Below are positions 26,711-35,836 of a stretch of 64,000 nt of DNA, in pieces. Location: NCBI GenBank assembly GCA_963793265.1, contig CAWBZI010000006.1:704001-768000 (forward strand). The letters are read 5' to 3'. Made by a program: the position numbers and the translations under genes. The notes under the pieces are model-generated. The model saw only the letters and a program-made list of their open reading frames with translations, made no database searches and was not told the origin of the DNA. Origin of the DNA: an uncultured cyanobacterium. Lineage in GTDB: Bacteria; Cyanobacteriota; Cyanobacteriia; Phormidesmidales; Phormidesmidaceae. Position 1 is the first letter of the stretch, and every line of letters starts with the position of its first letter.

Positions 26711-27184
26711 ATGAACACACCCTTTCGCAATAGTCCGAACGCCCACCGTATGTTGCAGCGAATGCCAGCGGAAATAAGCGCCACGTTCTCTGCCGGGCAA
26801 GTTCAGGCGATAGAAGCTGCGCTAGTCCCTCGTACGCATGTAATAGACGTGCGGCTGTCGCTGCCTTTTTTAGGCAAGGGAGCCTACTTAGTATTCGCTG
26901 CAGGGCCGAACAAACGCGCGCACTATCGAAATCTACAGAACGGCAACCCATTCGTAATGCCCGCCGTGCTAGCCAGCGCCTTTGTTGGCGCAATCTCTAT
27001 CTTTGGGCTAGTTCAGCTCAACGGTAGCGCGCTGCTGCAAGAGCCCGATCCTGTCTTTGCTCAAGGTGAAGAGTTTCACCCCACCATCGTGCCGTTTAAA
27101 AAAAACCGACAGGAGTGCGAAGAGAGCGGCAGACAGTGGACAGATGAAAAGTGTATTGATACCGTCCACGATCCTGACTTTTGA
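26711..27184 (+). CDS. Hypothetical membrane-anchored protein
   Basis: HVIDVRLSLPF..YLVFAAGPNKR, one hydrophobic helix, C-terminal CEESGRQW...KC Cys pair. Confidence 0.65.
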   Translation: MNTPFRNSPNAHRMLQRMPAEISATFSAGQVQAIEAALVPRTHVIDVRLSLPFLGKGAYLVFAAGPNKRAHYRNLQNGNPFVMPAVLASAFVGAISIFGLVQLNGSALLQEPDPVFAQGEEFHPTIVPFKKNRQECEESGRQWTDEKCIDTVHDPDF

Positions 27185-27306
27185 TGACTTTTCTTTAGAT
27201 AGCTGTTCTTTAGCTGTCTTTTGTATAGGGGCCTAGCGCCAAGATTGAGACGCGCGCTCTGCTGTGAATTCGGGAAAATTAGAGCTATCAGCCAGCGCCC
27301 TACACC

Positions 27307-28731
27307 ATGAAAACTCCCGTGCATCCTCAAATACAGAGAACATTGGCGGCTATTGTAGTCACCGATGCGGTGGGCTTTAGTCGGCATATGTCGCGGGACG
27401 AAGACAGAGCGCTCTCTATTATCAATCGGGATCTTCAGCTCATTTCAGAACTGTGCGAGTTCTTTGAGGGCCAAATTTTGAAGACGGTGGGGGACGGGGT
27501 GCTGATGTACTTTGTGAGCGCTGTTCAGGCGGCTGCTTGCGCGGTAGAAATGCAAAAGACTTTTGCTAGTTTCGCAAAAAACGGGAAGGCCGACGAGCAT
27601 TTTACCCACAGAGTTGGGGTGCACTTAGGCGATATCTTTTTTAACGAGCAAGACATGATGGGCACTGGGGTAAATGTCGCCGCCCGGCTCGAGGCCGAGG
27701 CAAAGCCCGGTGCTATTTGTATGTCGCAGGTAGTGTATGACGTTGTAAAGTCGCGGCTGGAGCTGGATGCAAGCTACATCGGTCAGCTAGATCTTAAAAA
27801 TATTGAAGAGGCCGTCGCGGCCTATCACGTGTGGCCGTTGGGGATGCGCCCAAAGGAAAGTACCGAAGATACCACTGAGGCGATCGCACCTCTCACAGTC
27901 ACCCCAATCAGCGCCGCGCTTAAAGTATTGCTAGAGCATCCCAACAGCCGCCGCATCAAAAAACTGCTGTACGGCACACACCAGTCGGTCTGGGAAAATG
28001 ACGCTGAGGTACTTGAAAGCGTTTCACTCAGGCTGCTAGTAGAATCACTCACCGAACGCAATACCACCTTAGAAGACTGCCGACGCAGCCTTTATCGAAT
28101 CGTCGGCACGCTTAACCGGCAGGCAGAATACACACAGGTTGCCGATGTTATTCTTGAAAACTTAGAAGACTTCTACTCCGATATCACCAGCATTAAAGCC
28201 GACGCATCCGCTTCAATTGCCGATCCGCGCAAGGTGCTATATCGAGATATTGCCGAGCAGCTAGAGCAAACGTCTGATGTGATTCGGATGAAGAAAATGC
28301 TTTACTGCCTGTGCTACGACAGTTGGGAGAATAATGGCGATCGCATCAGTGCGATTCAAACTGTCACACTCGTATCAGAGCTATACCAGCAGGTAAGCAC
28401 CCTGCAAGGATTACAAAACAGACTGCGCGCTATTTTGCTGAGGCTGAACCGAAAAAACAAATACGCGCCTATTGCCAACCTGATCTTTGAAGAATGTCAG
28501 ATTCTCTATCCAGAAGCCAATAGCCACGTTTCAATGCCGGGTGCGGTAGAAGAGGGTGCAACAGATGGCACCATAGAGCCGGAGGATTTATCGGGTGATA
28601 ACACTCAGATAAACGTCCGTAGCGAACCGGCGCAGCGGTGGGCGGCTATGCCATCAGAGAGTAACAGCAAGAGTCATCAGAAAAATAAAGGAGGAGCGAC
28701 TCGATTAATGCGCTCCACCGCCTTTACATAG
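27307..28731 (+). CDS. Class III adenylate/guanylate cyclase with two C-terminal repeats of an unknown domain
   Basis: IVVTDAVGFS, KTVGDG, RVGVHLGD, DMMGTGVNVAARLE. Confidence 0.88.
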   Translation: MKTPVHPQIQRTLAAIVVTDAVGFSRHMSRDEDRALSIINRDLQLISELCEFFEGQILKTVGDGVLMYFVSAVQAAACAVEMQKTFASFAKNGKADEHFTHRVGVHLGDIFFNEQDMMGTGVNVAARLEAEAKPGAICMSQVVYDVVKSRLELDASYIGQLDLKNIEEAVAAYHVWPLGMRPKESTEDTTEAIAPLTVTPISAALKVLLEHPNSRRIKKLLYGTHQSVWENDAEVLESVSLRLLVESLTERNTTLEDCRRSLYRIVGTLNRQAEYTQVADVILENLEDFYSDITSIKADASASIADPRKVLYRDIAEQLEQTSDVIRMKKMLYCLCYDSWENNGDRISAIQTVTLVSELYQQVSTLQGLQNRLRAILLRLNRKNKYAPIANLIFEECQILYPEANSHVSMPGAVEEGATDGTIEPEDLSGDNTQINVRSEPAQRWAAMPSESNSKSHQKNKGGATRLMRSTAFT

Positions 28732-28790
28732 CACCTTTACATAGCAAAAGTCAGATATGATCGCTATTGTGAATAGCAAAGGGTCAGCAA

Positions 28791-29768
28791 ATGGGCGCTC
28801 CAACAGTATTTATCGATGGCGAAGCAGGGACAACCGGCCTACAGATTTATCAGCGCCTAGCAAAACGTGATGACATCCAGGTGATTAGCATTGATGCTGA
28901 CAAACGGAAAGATGCTGATGAACGCGCCAAGCTGTTGAACGCTGCTGATATTTCAATTTTATGTTTGCCAGATGACGCAGCTCGCGAAGCGGTGAGCTGG
29001 GTGACCAATCCCAAAGCCAGAATTTTAGACGCGAGCACCGCCTATAGAACTGCTGAGGACTGGGCCTATGGATTTCCTGAGCTAAAAGAGGGTCAGCGCG
29101 ATCGCATTGCGACCTCTACGCGGGTCAGCAATCCGGGCTGCTATCCAACTGGCTTTTTAGCAGTTGTTTCCCCTTTAGTGCAAGCAAAGCTGCTGCCTGC
29201 CGACCTACCCTTGACGGTGAATGCGATTTCTGGCTACTCAGGCGGCGGCAAAAAGCTTATTGCCCAGTACGAGGGCTTCCGTACTGATAGCCCTGACGAC
29301 GAATCTACCGCGCCTTACAGTCCGTACGGGCTGGCGTTTGGACATAAGCACGTCAAGGAAATGCAGGTATATGCAGGGATCAACCACACGCCGCTGTTTA
29401 TTCCAGCAGTGGGTGATTTTGAGCAGGGAATGTTGGTACAAGTCCCTTTGCCGCTGTGGTCTTTAGAGAAGCCGCCTACCGGAAAGCAGTTACACGGTGC
29501 GCTGAGTAAGCACTACGACAACGAGCCGTTTGTGCAGGTGATGCCTTATGGCGATCGCACCCTACTGCGCGACGGCAACTTTTTAGAAGCCAAAAGCGCT
29601 AACCACACCAATGAAGTTCAGCTCTTTGTCTTTGCTAACGACAATACCCAAGAAGCCCTACTCGTGGCCCGCCTTGACAATCTAGGCAAAGGAGCTTCGG
29701 GCGCTGCTGTGCAAAATCTCAATATTATGCTGGGTTTGCCTGAGTCGTCAGGCTTGATTGCAGCCTGA
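28791..29768 (+). CDS. argC: N-acetyl-gamma-glutamyl-phosphate reductase (short type)
   Basis: FIDGEAGTTG, LCLPDD, DASTA, SNPGCYPT, SGYSGGG, DNLGKGASGAAVQN. Confidence 0.95.
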   Translation: MGAPTVFIDGEAGTTGLQIYQRLAKRDDIQVISIDADKRKDADERAKLLNAADISILCLPDDAAREAVSWVTNPKARILDASTAYRTAEDWAYGFPELKEGQRDRIATSTRVSNPGCYPTGFLAVVSPLVQAKLLPADLPLTVNAISGYSGGGKKLIAQYEGFRTDSPDDESTAPYSPYGLAFGHKHVKEMQVYAGINHTPLFIPAVGDFEQGMLVQVPLPLWSLEKPPTGKQLHGALSKHYDNEPFVQVMPYGDRTLLRDGNFLEAKSANHTNEVQLFVFANDNTQEALLVARLDNLGKGASGAAVQNLNIMLGLPESSGLIAA

Positions 29769-30368
29769 GAAAGCCTCTATCGTTAGCATCTGAACTTTGT
29801 TGTTGTTCATAATAAAAGAGTGCAGAGCAGGTACTTCGACAAGAACATCATGCACGTGCATTTTCGATTCTTCAGCCCCTACAACAACATCATTGATTTC
29901 ATCACCAAACAGGCTTGCCCTACCAGTCGGGCCAATATTGCCTGTGATGATGGTGTAAGGACACATTAGCGCTGACAACCGTTCGTAAAACTCAAGGCTC
30001 GCCATATTTGCACCACTTTGCCCAGCGAACCAGGCAAAAGGCGGTAGACGATTGGCTAGTCTTGCCAGTCGAGGGGATTGATTCGGCGGAGCGAGCATCA
30101 CCACATGAGCAGGCAGAGGAAACTCAGCAGTCGAGAGGGCCGCACGGACGAGAATACCCCCCATAGAATGGCTCACGATACCGTAGGAACCTAGCGCAGA
30201 GAGCTTTCTGAGGCGAGCACGCAGCTTAATGACAATATCGTCAAACGACTGCAAGAGCGTGGTGTAGCCAAAGAACTCCGGCGCATGACCAGCCCTCTTC
30301 AATACCTTGCCCATACCTGACATAGAGAACGGTGTACGACCGAGGCCGTGAATTAAAAGAATATTCAT
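29748..30368 (-). CDS. Alpha/beta hydrolase (lipase/esterase-like)
   Basis: LIHGLG, SHSMGG nucleophile elbow, LAPPN, HSFIM. Confidence 0.85.
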   Translation of the reverse strand: MNILLIHGLGRTPFSMSGMGKVLKRAGHAPEFFGYTTLLQSFDDIVIKLRARLRKLSALGSYGIVSHSMGGILVRAALSTAEFPLPAHVVMLAPPNQSPRLARLANRLPPFAWFAGQSGANMASLEFYERLSALMCPYTIITGNIGPTGRASLFGDEINDVVVGAEESKMHVHDVLVEVPALHSFIMNNNKVQMLTIEAFSGCNQA

Positions 30369-30433
30369 GATTATTTTCTTAAACGCCCGGCTGTTATAGT
30401 TGCTCCTACGACAAGTATGGAAGTAATACTCTC

Positions 30434-30823
30434 ATGGTTCAAGTAAAGATTACCGGCTGCGCAGCGAGTCTAAACCCAATTAAGGCTCAGCTCTCTGATA
30501 TTGTTCATCAGTGCTTACAAGAAGCCATCGGAACACCAGAGAACAAACGCTTTCAACGGTTCTTTTCAATGGAGCCAGAAAACTTCTACTACCCAGCAGA
30601 CAGATCGACGCAATACACCATCATTGAAATTGTAATGTTTGAAGGTCGTTCTGTTGCTGCAAAAAAGAAACTCACCCATCTTCTTTTCAAGAGAATTTAC
30701 CAGCAGCTCAATATTGCCGTTGCAGATCTTGAAATCGTGATGTTCGAGCTGCCTAAGCATAACTGGGGTATTCGAGGCGTCCCTGGTGATGAATTAGTGC
30801 TGAATTATATTGTTGAGGCTTAG
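30434..30823 (+). CDS. Tautomerase family protein
   Basis: KRFQRF, IEIVMFEGRS, NWGIRG. Residue 2 is Val rather than the catalytic Pro of classical members. Confidence 0.8.
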   Translation: MVQVKITGCAASLNPIKAQLSDIVHQCLQEAIGTPENKRFQRFFSMEPENFYYPADRSTQYTIIEIVMFEGRSVAAKKKLTHLLFKRIYQQLNIAVADLEIVMFELPKHNWGIRGVPGDELVLNYIVEA

Positions 30824-31065
30824 CAGCTAAGGCTTAGTAGTATCAACATATAAAATAAACATCTAACCATTAGATGAATTGAACGCGTCAACAAACACAC
30901 CAACAGGGATAGAACATATTCTCGCTTGCTGTGTAACTATACGATCAGCAACTACTGAGCTAATCACAAATAACCCATAGACGTATCCCTTTGGTAGAAC
31001 CCATAGGTAATGCGGGTCTGGAAATGTTTAGCCCTCAATTATACATACATAAGGAGATTCACTTC

Positions 31066-31485
31066 ATGAACATCGGTACATCAATCAAAAAAGGTCTTTT
31101 CGTATCAGCATCTGTTCTGTCCGCAGCAGGTTTGCTGGCAGTCATGCCGCTATCAGCTAGTGCTCAGATGATGGAAGATCGCGTGATTAGAGATGACGCT
31201 GCCGTAGAATCTTCACAAGAAATGCGTGAAGGCGACACCGCAATAACGGGTGACGAAGATACCATGCAAATGTCTGAAGATATGGATATGGACATGGACA
31301 CCACTGAAGCTGCTGAAATGGAGGACGACAGTTTCGTTCAAACAACTGAAATGGAAATGGAGGACACAGGCACAACTTACTCTACGCCTACAACAACGTC
31401 TCCAACCTATTCCAATGTCTCTGACGACGATGATAGTGACACATCCACAACTTATTCCAGCACGAGCCCACGTGCCCTTTGGTAA
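31066..31485 (+). CDS. Exported acidic Met/Thr/Ser-rich disordered protein ending in PRALW
   Basis: AAGGAG RBS, ATG 31066, signal peptide ending SASA-Q, low-complexity mature part. Confidence 0.8.
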   Translation: MNIGTSIKKGLFVSASVLSAAGLLAVMPLSASAQMMEDRVIRDDAAVESSQEMREGDTAITGDEDTMQMSEDMDMDMDTTEAAEMEDDSFVQTTEMEMEDTGTTYSTPTTTSPTYSNVSDDDDSDTSTTYSSTSPRALW

Positions 31486-31550
31486 ATTGACTGAAGTAAG
31501 CTACCTAACTAAGCTGCTCGGTTAGATGTTTGGTTAGATTAGGTAACAAC

Positions 31551-31591
31551 AAAAAGCCTCTCCTTTGTGAAATAGAAAGGAGAGGCTTTTT
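31551..31591. terminator. Bidirectional intrinsic terminator
   Basis: AAAAAGCCTCTCCTTT ... AAAGGAGAGGCTTTTT between convergent genes. Confidence 0.85.
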
Positions 31592-31669
31592 GATATGCTA
31601 TAAAAAATGTCTTCTAGCCTCTATAGCTGTGCATTCTTTGAGTTCAGTCTTACAAAAGTTACTCAATAG

Positions 31670-32365
31670 CTAAGGCTCAACGACAACAGGCGTACCAAGC
31701 GCGACCAAATCGTATAGCTCTCGAACGTGCTCATTATACATACGAACGCAGCCATGGGAGGCAGCAGTGCCAACTGATTCTCGATTAGGCGTGCCGTGGA
31801 AACCGATCACGTTATTATCGTCTGTCCAGAATGCAATCCAGCGATCGCCCAGCGGATTATCTGGCCCCGGTGCCATCACTTCATCGGTCAATGGATTTGT
31901 CCAACCCGGATCAACGAGCTTGTGAAACACGCTAAATTCGCCAGTAGGCGTTTCCCAACCGGCCCGGCCAACGGCTACCGGATAGCTAGCTTCTACCGTC
32001 TCACCCCGGTAAACATACACCTTACGCTCGCTTATCTTGAGTAAAAGCCGAACGGCTTGAGCCTCTGCGTTTTGATCTGTAGAGGTCGTAGCGTCCACCG
32101 CTGGTTCAGGCGCTACTACCGCATCGGGCACTGGTTGAGAAACTGGCTCGGTGCGACGCTCTGGAATAGTTCGCAGTAAGTCTCGTATCGTTGGCCTCGG
32201 CTGCGCGTCTGAGAGTGACTGAGCGCTCAATGTCTGAGCGGACTCACTAAGCCGATCCTCGGCAAGCGCATGGCTAGGACTTAGCGTACTTAGTAGTAGG
32301 CCACCGACGCCCGCAGCAAGCGATCGAAAGGCGAGCTGCCTGTAGCCATGTAACTTATGGTTCAT
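31670..32365 (-). CDS. L,D-transpeptidase (YkuD family), exported
   Basis: Signal peptide ending ALA; YPVAVG...TPTG, NPLG, GFHGT, ASHGCVRM. Confidence 0.92.
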   Translation of the reverse strand: MNHKLHGYRQLAFRSLAAGVGGLLLSTLSPSHALAEDRLSESAQTLSAQSLSDAQPRPTIRDLLRTIPERRTEPVSQPVPDAVVAPEPAVDATTSTDQNAEAQAVRLLLKISERKVYVYRGETVEASYPVAVGRAGWETPTGEFSVFHKLVDPGWTNPLTDEVMAPGPDNPLGDRWIAFWTDDNNVIGFHGTPNRESVGTAASHGCVRMYNEHVRELYDLVALGTPVVVEP

Positions 32366-32512
32366 GGGGATGTTTAGCTTAATATAGATGTCTTTTAGCG
32401 GTAGATCATTGATACTTTGTGCATAAACTCTAACCCAAAAGAGTCAGTAGGACTGTCTACCTTTTGACACTATCTCAAAATGGATTCTTATTGGTAGCAA
32501 CGCATACAAACT

Positions 32513-33430
32513 TCAAGAGGCAGTCGCTTCTGATAGCACAGCAGACTGTCGTGACTTTTCCCAAAAGAAACCGGCGACCATGGCCATTTGAGAGAGTAAA
32601 AATAGACCTGATAGTGAGAGTTGAAAGCCGTTGACGCGCTGCTTGAGTGGATAGGCTAAAAGGTTGAGATAGAAGGAGAAAGGCTCTACTTTGATTTTGT
32701 CTTCGGTTCTTTTGGCGCGAGCGGTATGAAAGTAGAATGCGCCGCGCCCATAGCTGAAGTGCTGTTTCCAGAAGGAGCGGAAGGAGAGATCGTGAGCGTG
32801 GACGATGTTGACTTCGGGGGCGTAGATAAGCGGATGGTTGTTCTGCCGCCAGCGATCGCACAGCTCTCTGTCCTCAGATGCAATCCGCAAGTCGGCATTA
32901 AAGCCGCCCACAGCTAAGAATGTCTCTTTAGCGACGCCCATATTGTTAGAGGTAAAGAAGCGAATAGAGGTTTCCTGCTTGTGAAAGTACGAATAGAGGT
33001 AGTCGATAAGCTGCTGAGAAGCCGATGAGTAAGGATTATTGGTCAGTGCGTTTAGCGTATGGCCGCCGATGAGGGCCTGGGGCAATCGCTTCAAATGCGC
33101 CGCAATTTTCTCAAGCCAATCGGGCTTAGGCATACAGTCGTCATCGGTGAAGGCGATATAGTCTCCTTTGGCTTGGGCAACGCCTGTGTTGCGCGCCGCA
33201 CCAGGGCCAGCGTTTTCCTGCACGAGTAATCGAATATTTAAATCTCCCTCGCCCTTGGCAGAGTCTACAACAGGCGTCAGACTCATATCGCTGCCGTCAT
33301 CAACAACAATGACTTCAACGCAGTCGCGGGGATAGTTTAGGGCTTGGAGTGATCGCAAGCAGTTCGCGAGCTGCTCGGGCCGGTTATAGGTTGGAATGAT
33401 AATTGAGAAGGAAAGCGGCATGATGGACAT
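32513..33430 (-). CDS. Glycosyltransferase family 2
   Basis: SIIIPTYNR, VVDDGS, GPGAARN, FTDDD, SEDRELC. Confidence 0.92.
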   Translation of the reverse strand: MSIMPLSFSIIIPTYNRPEQLANCLRSLQALNYPRDCVEVIVVDDGSDMSLTPVVDSAKGEGDLNIRLLVQENAGPGAARNTGVAQAKGDYIAFTDDDCMPKPDWLEKIAAHLKRLPQALIGGHTLNALTNNPYSSASQQLIDYLYSYFHKQETSIRFFTSNNMGVAKETFLAVGGFNADLRIASEDRELCDRWRQNNHPLIYAPEVNIVHAHDLSFRSFWKQHFSYGRGAFYFHTARAKRTEDKIKVEPFSFYLNLLAYPLKQRVNGFQLSLSGLFLLSQMAMVAGFFWEKSRQSAVLSEATAS

Positions 33431-33495
33431 GGCGTGAAACTAAATTAAGGAGACGGTTAGCGAAAAGAATTGAAGTTCTGGTGCAGGAGCGGTGC

Positions 33496-34734
33496 TTATG
33501 GATGGCTGTATTGAGGTGAGTGCTTGGCGATCGCAGCAGTCTTCAGAAGATCGCGGTAAAGCCCCAAAAAGCTCTCGACACAGCGAGCTTCGCTAAACTC
33601 AGCGATCGCGCGCTGATGCCCTGCTGCGCCCATTCGCTCTGCCACACGCTGCTGCTGCAAGATAGGCAACAGTGCAGCGGCTAGAGCATCGACATCGCCA
33701 GGCGGCACCAAAGTGCCTGCTGCCTGCTGCTTGCCCACAATCTCAGGCTGAGCACCTACCGCACTCGCCACCACTGCCGTTCCCCGCATCATCGCCTCTG
33801 TCGTCACGTTGCCAAACGGCTCAGCCCACAGTGACGGTACCGCCTGCACCCATACCGAATCGAACTGTTGCTCTAGTTCAGCGCGCGAAATGTGCCCTAG
33901 CCAAATTACGTTCTCTTCAATGCCGAGCTGCTGAGCTAATGCTTTCAACAAGGCTTCATCAGCCCCTTTCCCAGCGATCTTAAGCTGCGCGTTCGGCACC
34001 TGCTCGCAGACTTTAGCAAACGCCTTGAATAAAGTTTCAACCCCTTTTTCAACCGAAAACCTTCCGGCATAGCCAACGGTAGGGACACATTCAGGCATAG
34101 AGCTTAGCGGCGGACGAGCAGATCGCTCAGGCACTCCGTTATAGATCACGCTCACTGACTTCATCCCTGCGGCCTCAAGCGTTTGCTTCATGCCTGCACT
34201 TAAGGCCACGACTCGATCAAACGTCTCTTTCCACCGATCCCACAGCGCGCGCTGCGCCATCATGACAACCCAGGTCTGGGGCGTCAGACAGCCCGCTTTC
34301 AGGCAAGCAGATCCAGGGTCAAACGGGCAGGCTTTACCGTCGGGTAAAATATTGGTTCCCATCGGACAAATTGCCTTGTACACTGCCGTTTGATAGAGGC
34401 TTGGGTAGGGCCGTAACAAAGGGAGAATTAGGGGTGAGAGCTGCCATAGGAACATCCGCACGTGAACCACGTCCGGTTGAAAATCTTTGAGGGTTCGTTT
34501 GAGCAATCGATAGGCTGAAAAATTGAGCGTTTGCGAGAGAACTTGAGCGCGGTTGCCGGTAGTCCCGTAGCAGGCATAGTCAGCTAGAATAGGGCTGTTT
34601 TTCACGACTTCAGCATTGCTTGTAAAAAGTCGGGCATCGTGGCCGCGATCGCGCAGCTGTTGCCGCAGCGTCAGCATTTGGATCTCTGCGCCACCGGTCG
34701 CCCCACCGTAATCGTTTATCAACAATATTTTCAT
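33496..34734 (-). CDS. Glycosyltransferase family 4 (GT-B)
   Basis: GGAE, IYNG, YAGRFSVEKG, PSLWAEPFGNVTTEAM. Confidence 0.92.
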   Translation of the reverse strand: MKILLINDYGGATGGAEIQMLTLRQQLRDRGHDARLFTSNAEVVKNSPILADYACYGTTGNRAQVLSQTLNFSAYRLLKRTLKDFQPDVVHVRMFLWQLSPLILPLLRPYPSLYQTAVYKAICPMGTNILPDGKACPFDPGSACLKAGCLTPQTWVVMMAQRALWDRWKETFDRVVALSAGMKQTLEAAGMKSVSVIYNGVPERSARPPLSSMPECVPTVGYAGRFSVEKGVETLFKAFAKVCEQVPNAQLKIAGKGADEALLKALAQQLGIEENVIWLGHISRAELEQQFDSVWVQAVPSLWAEPFGNVTTEAMMRGTAVVASAVGAQPEIVGKQQAAGTLVPPGDVDALAAALLPILQQQRVAERMGAAGHQRAIAEFSEARCVESFLGLYRDLLKTAAIAKHSPQYSHP

Positions 34735-35774
34735 AGCAGGTGCTTGCGGGCATATTGGCGCGTCATCACGCGGTTGATTGCTGTTTCAATCGGTGCTAGT
34801 AGCCCAAACATCAGCAGCTTGTGCGGAAAAGAGCGGCGATCGCGCAAACCAAGCTTGTCCAACAGCGGTTTGAGAATGGTGTCTCTTCGCCGCCAGCCTA
34901 GCGCTTTGTACTTTTGCTTAAAGTAGCCGTCCTCTGCTAGGTTCCATTTCTCTTGCAAACGAGCCAGGCTAGTTAACTCCCAGTCATTGCTCCATCGCAG
35001 CATATAAAAAGGAATGTCGCGCCAGGCCAAGACCGGCCCCGGCACGTAGGTCACCACGCTATCAGGCTCAAAGTAGACCGTACGGCCTAGCGCCATCACG
35101 TTCATACAAAAGTCCAAATGCTCTTTGGTATTCAGCAGCGTTTCGTCAAAAGGCCCTAGCGTTTCAAATACATCGGCGCGCACTAACATACAGTGAAACT
35201 CGCACAGCTCTGTTTCGCACTGCTTAAGCTTAGAACGTACCGCCTCGACCGCTTTGTCTTGAAGGTACATCTTTTCTCTCAGGTGCCGCCGACTTTTTAC
35301 ATCAACCACAATATGAGACTCTCCACCCGCAAAGTGAACGATCTCGTGCACAGGCTCTTCGTGACACATCAAAGGCCCAACAACGGTTGCGTCTGTGCTT
35401 TTTGAACAGTCTATCAGCAGCCGTAGCCACCCAGGCTGAACCACCACGTCGTTATCGACAAACACCACGTAGGGCGTGTCCGCCTCGGCCAGTCCTAAAT
35501 TGCGCGCGCGGTTGGGCCAGAGGTAATGATCCCGGCGAATGAGCTTAAAGCCTTTTTCGTATGACTGCTGCTCGATGTATTCACGCTCTGGAGAGGGCGA
35601 ATTACCGTCTACATAAATCAGCTTAAAAGGAACCTGAGTATGCTCATAAAGACTATCCAGAGACTGTTTGGCATAGCTGAATCGTTCGCGCGGGGCGACC
35701 ACGATAGTCACTTCTGGCGCGTTCTCTTCTGGCATGTTTTCTTTGGGAAATGTCTCTTTTGCTTTCATTGACAA
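34731..35774 (-). CDS. Glycosyltransferase family 2
   Basis: VTIVVAPRER, YVDGNS, ARNLG, FVDND, EHLDFC. Overlaps the start of the next gene. Confidence 0.88.
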   Translation of the reverse strand: MSMKAKETFPKENMPEENAPEVTIVVAPRERFSYAKQSLDSLYEHTQVPFKLIYVDGNSPSPEREYIEQQSYEKGFKLIRRDHYLWPNRARNLGLAEADTPYVVFVDNDVVVQPGWLRLLIDCSKSTDATVVGPLMCHEEPVHEIVHFAGGESHIVVDVKSRRHLREKMYLQDKAVEAVRSKLKQCETELCEFHCMLVRADVFETLGPFDETLLNTKEHLDFCMNVMALGRTVYFEPDSVVTYVPGPVLAWRDIPFYMLRWSNDWELTSLARLQEKWNLAEDGYFKQKYKALGWRRRDTILKPLLDKLGLRDRRSFPHKLLMFGLLAPIETAINRVMTRQYARKHLL

Positions 35775-35836
35775 TATTCCTAAACCTTAATGCACAATTT
35801 CGACATAACTTCGACATAACAAGGTTAGCTAGCGAA

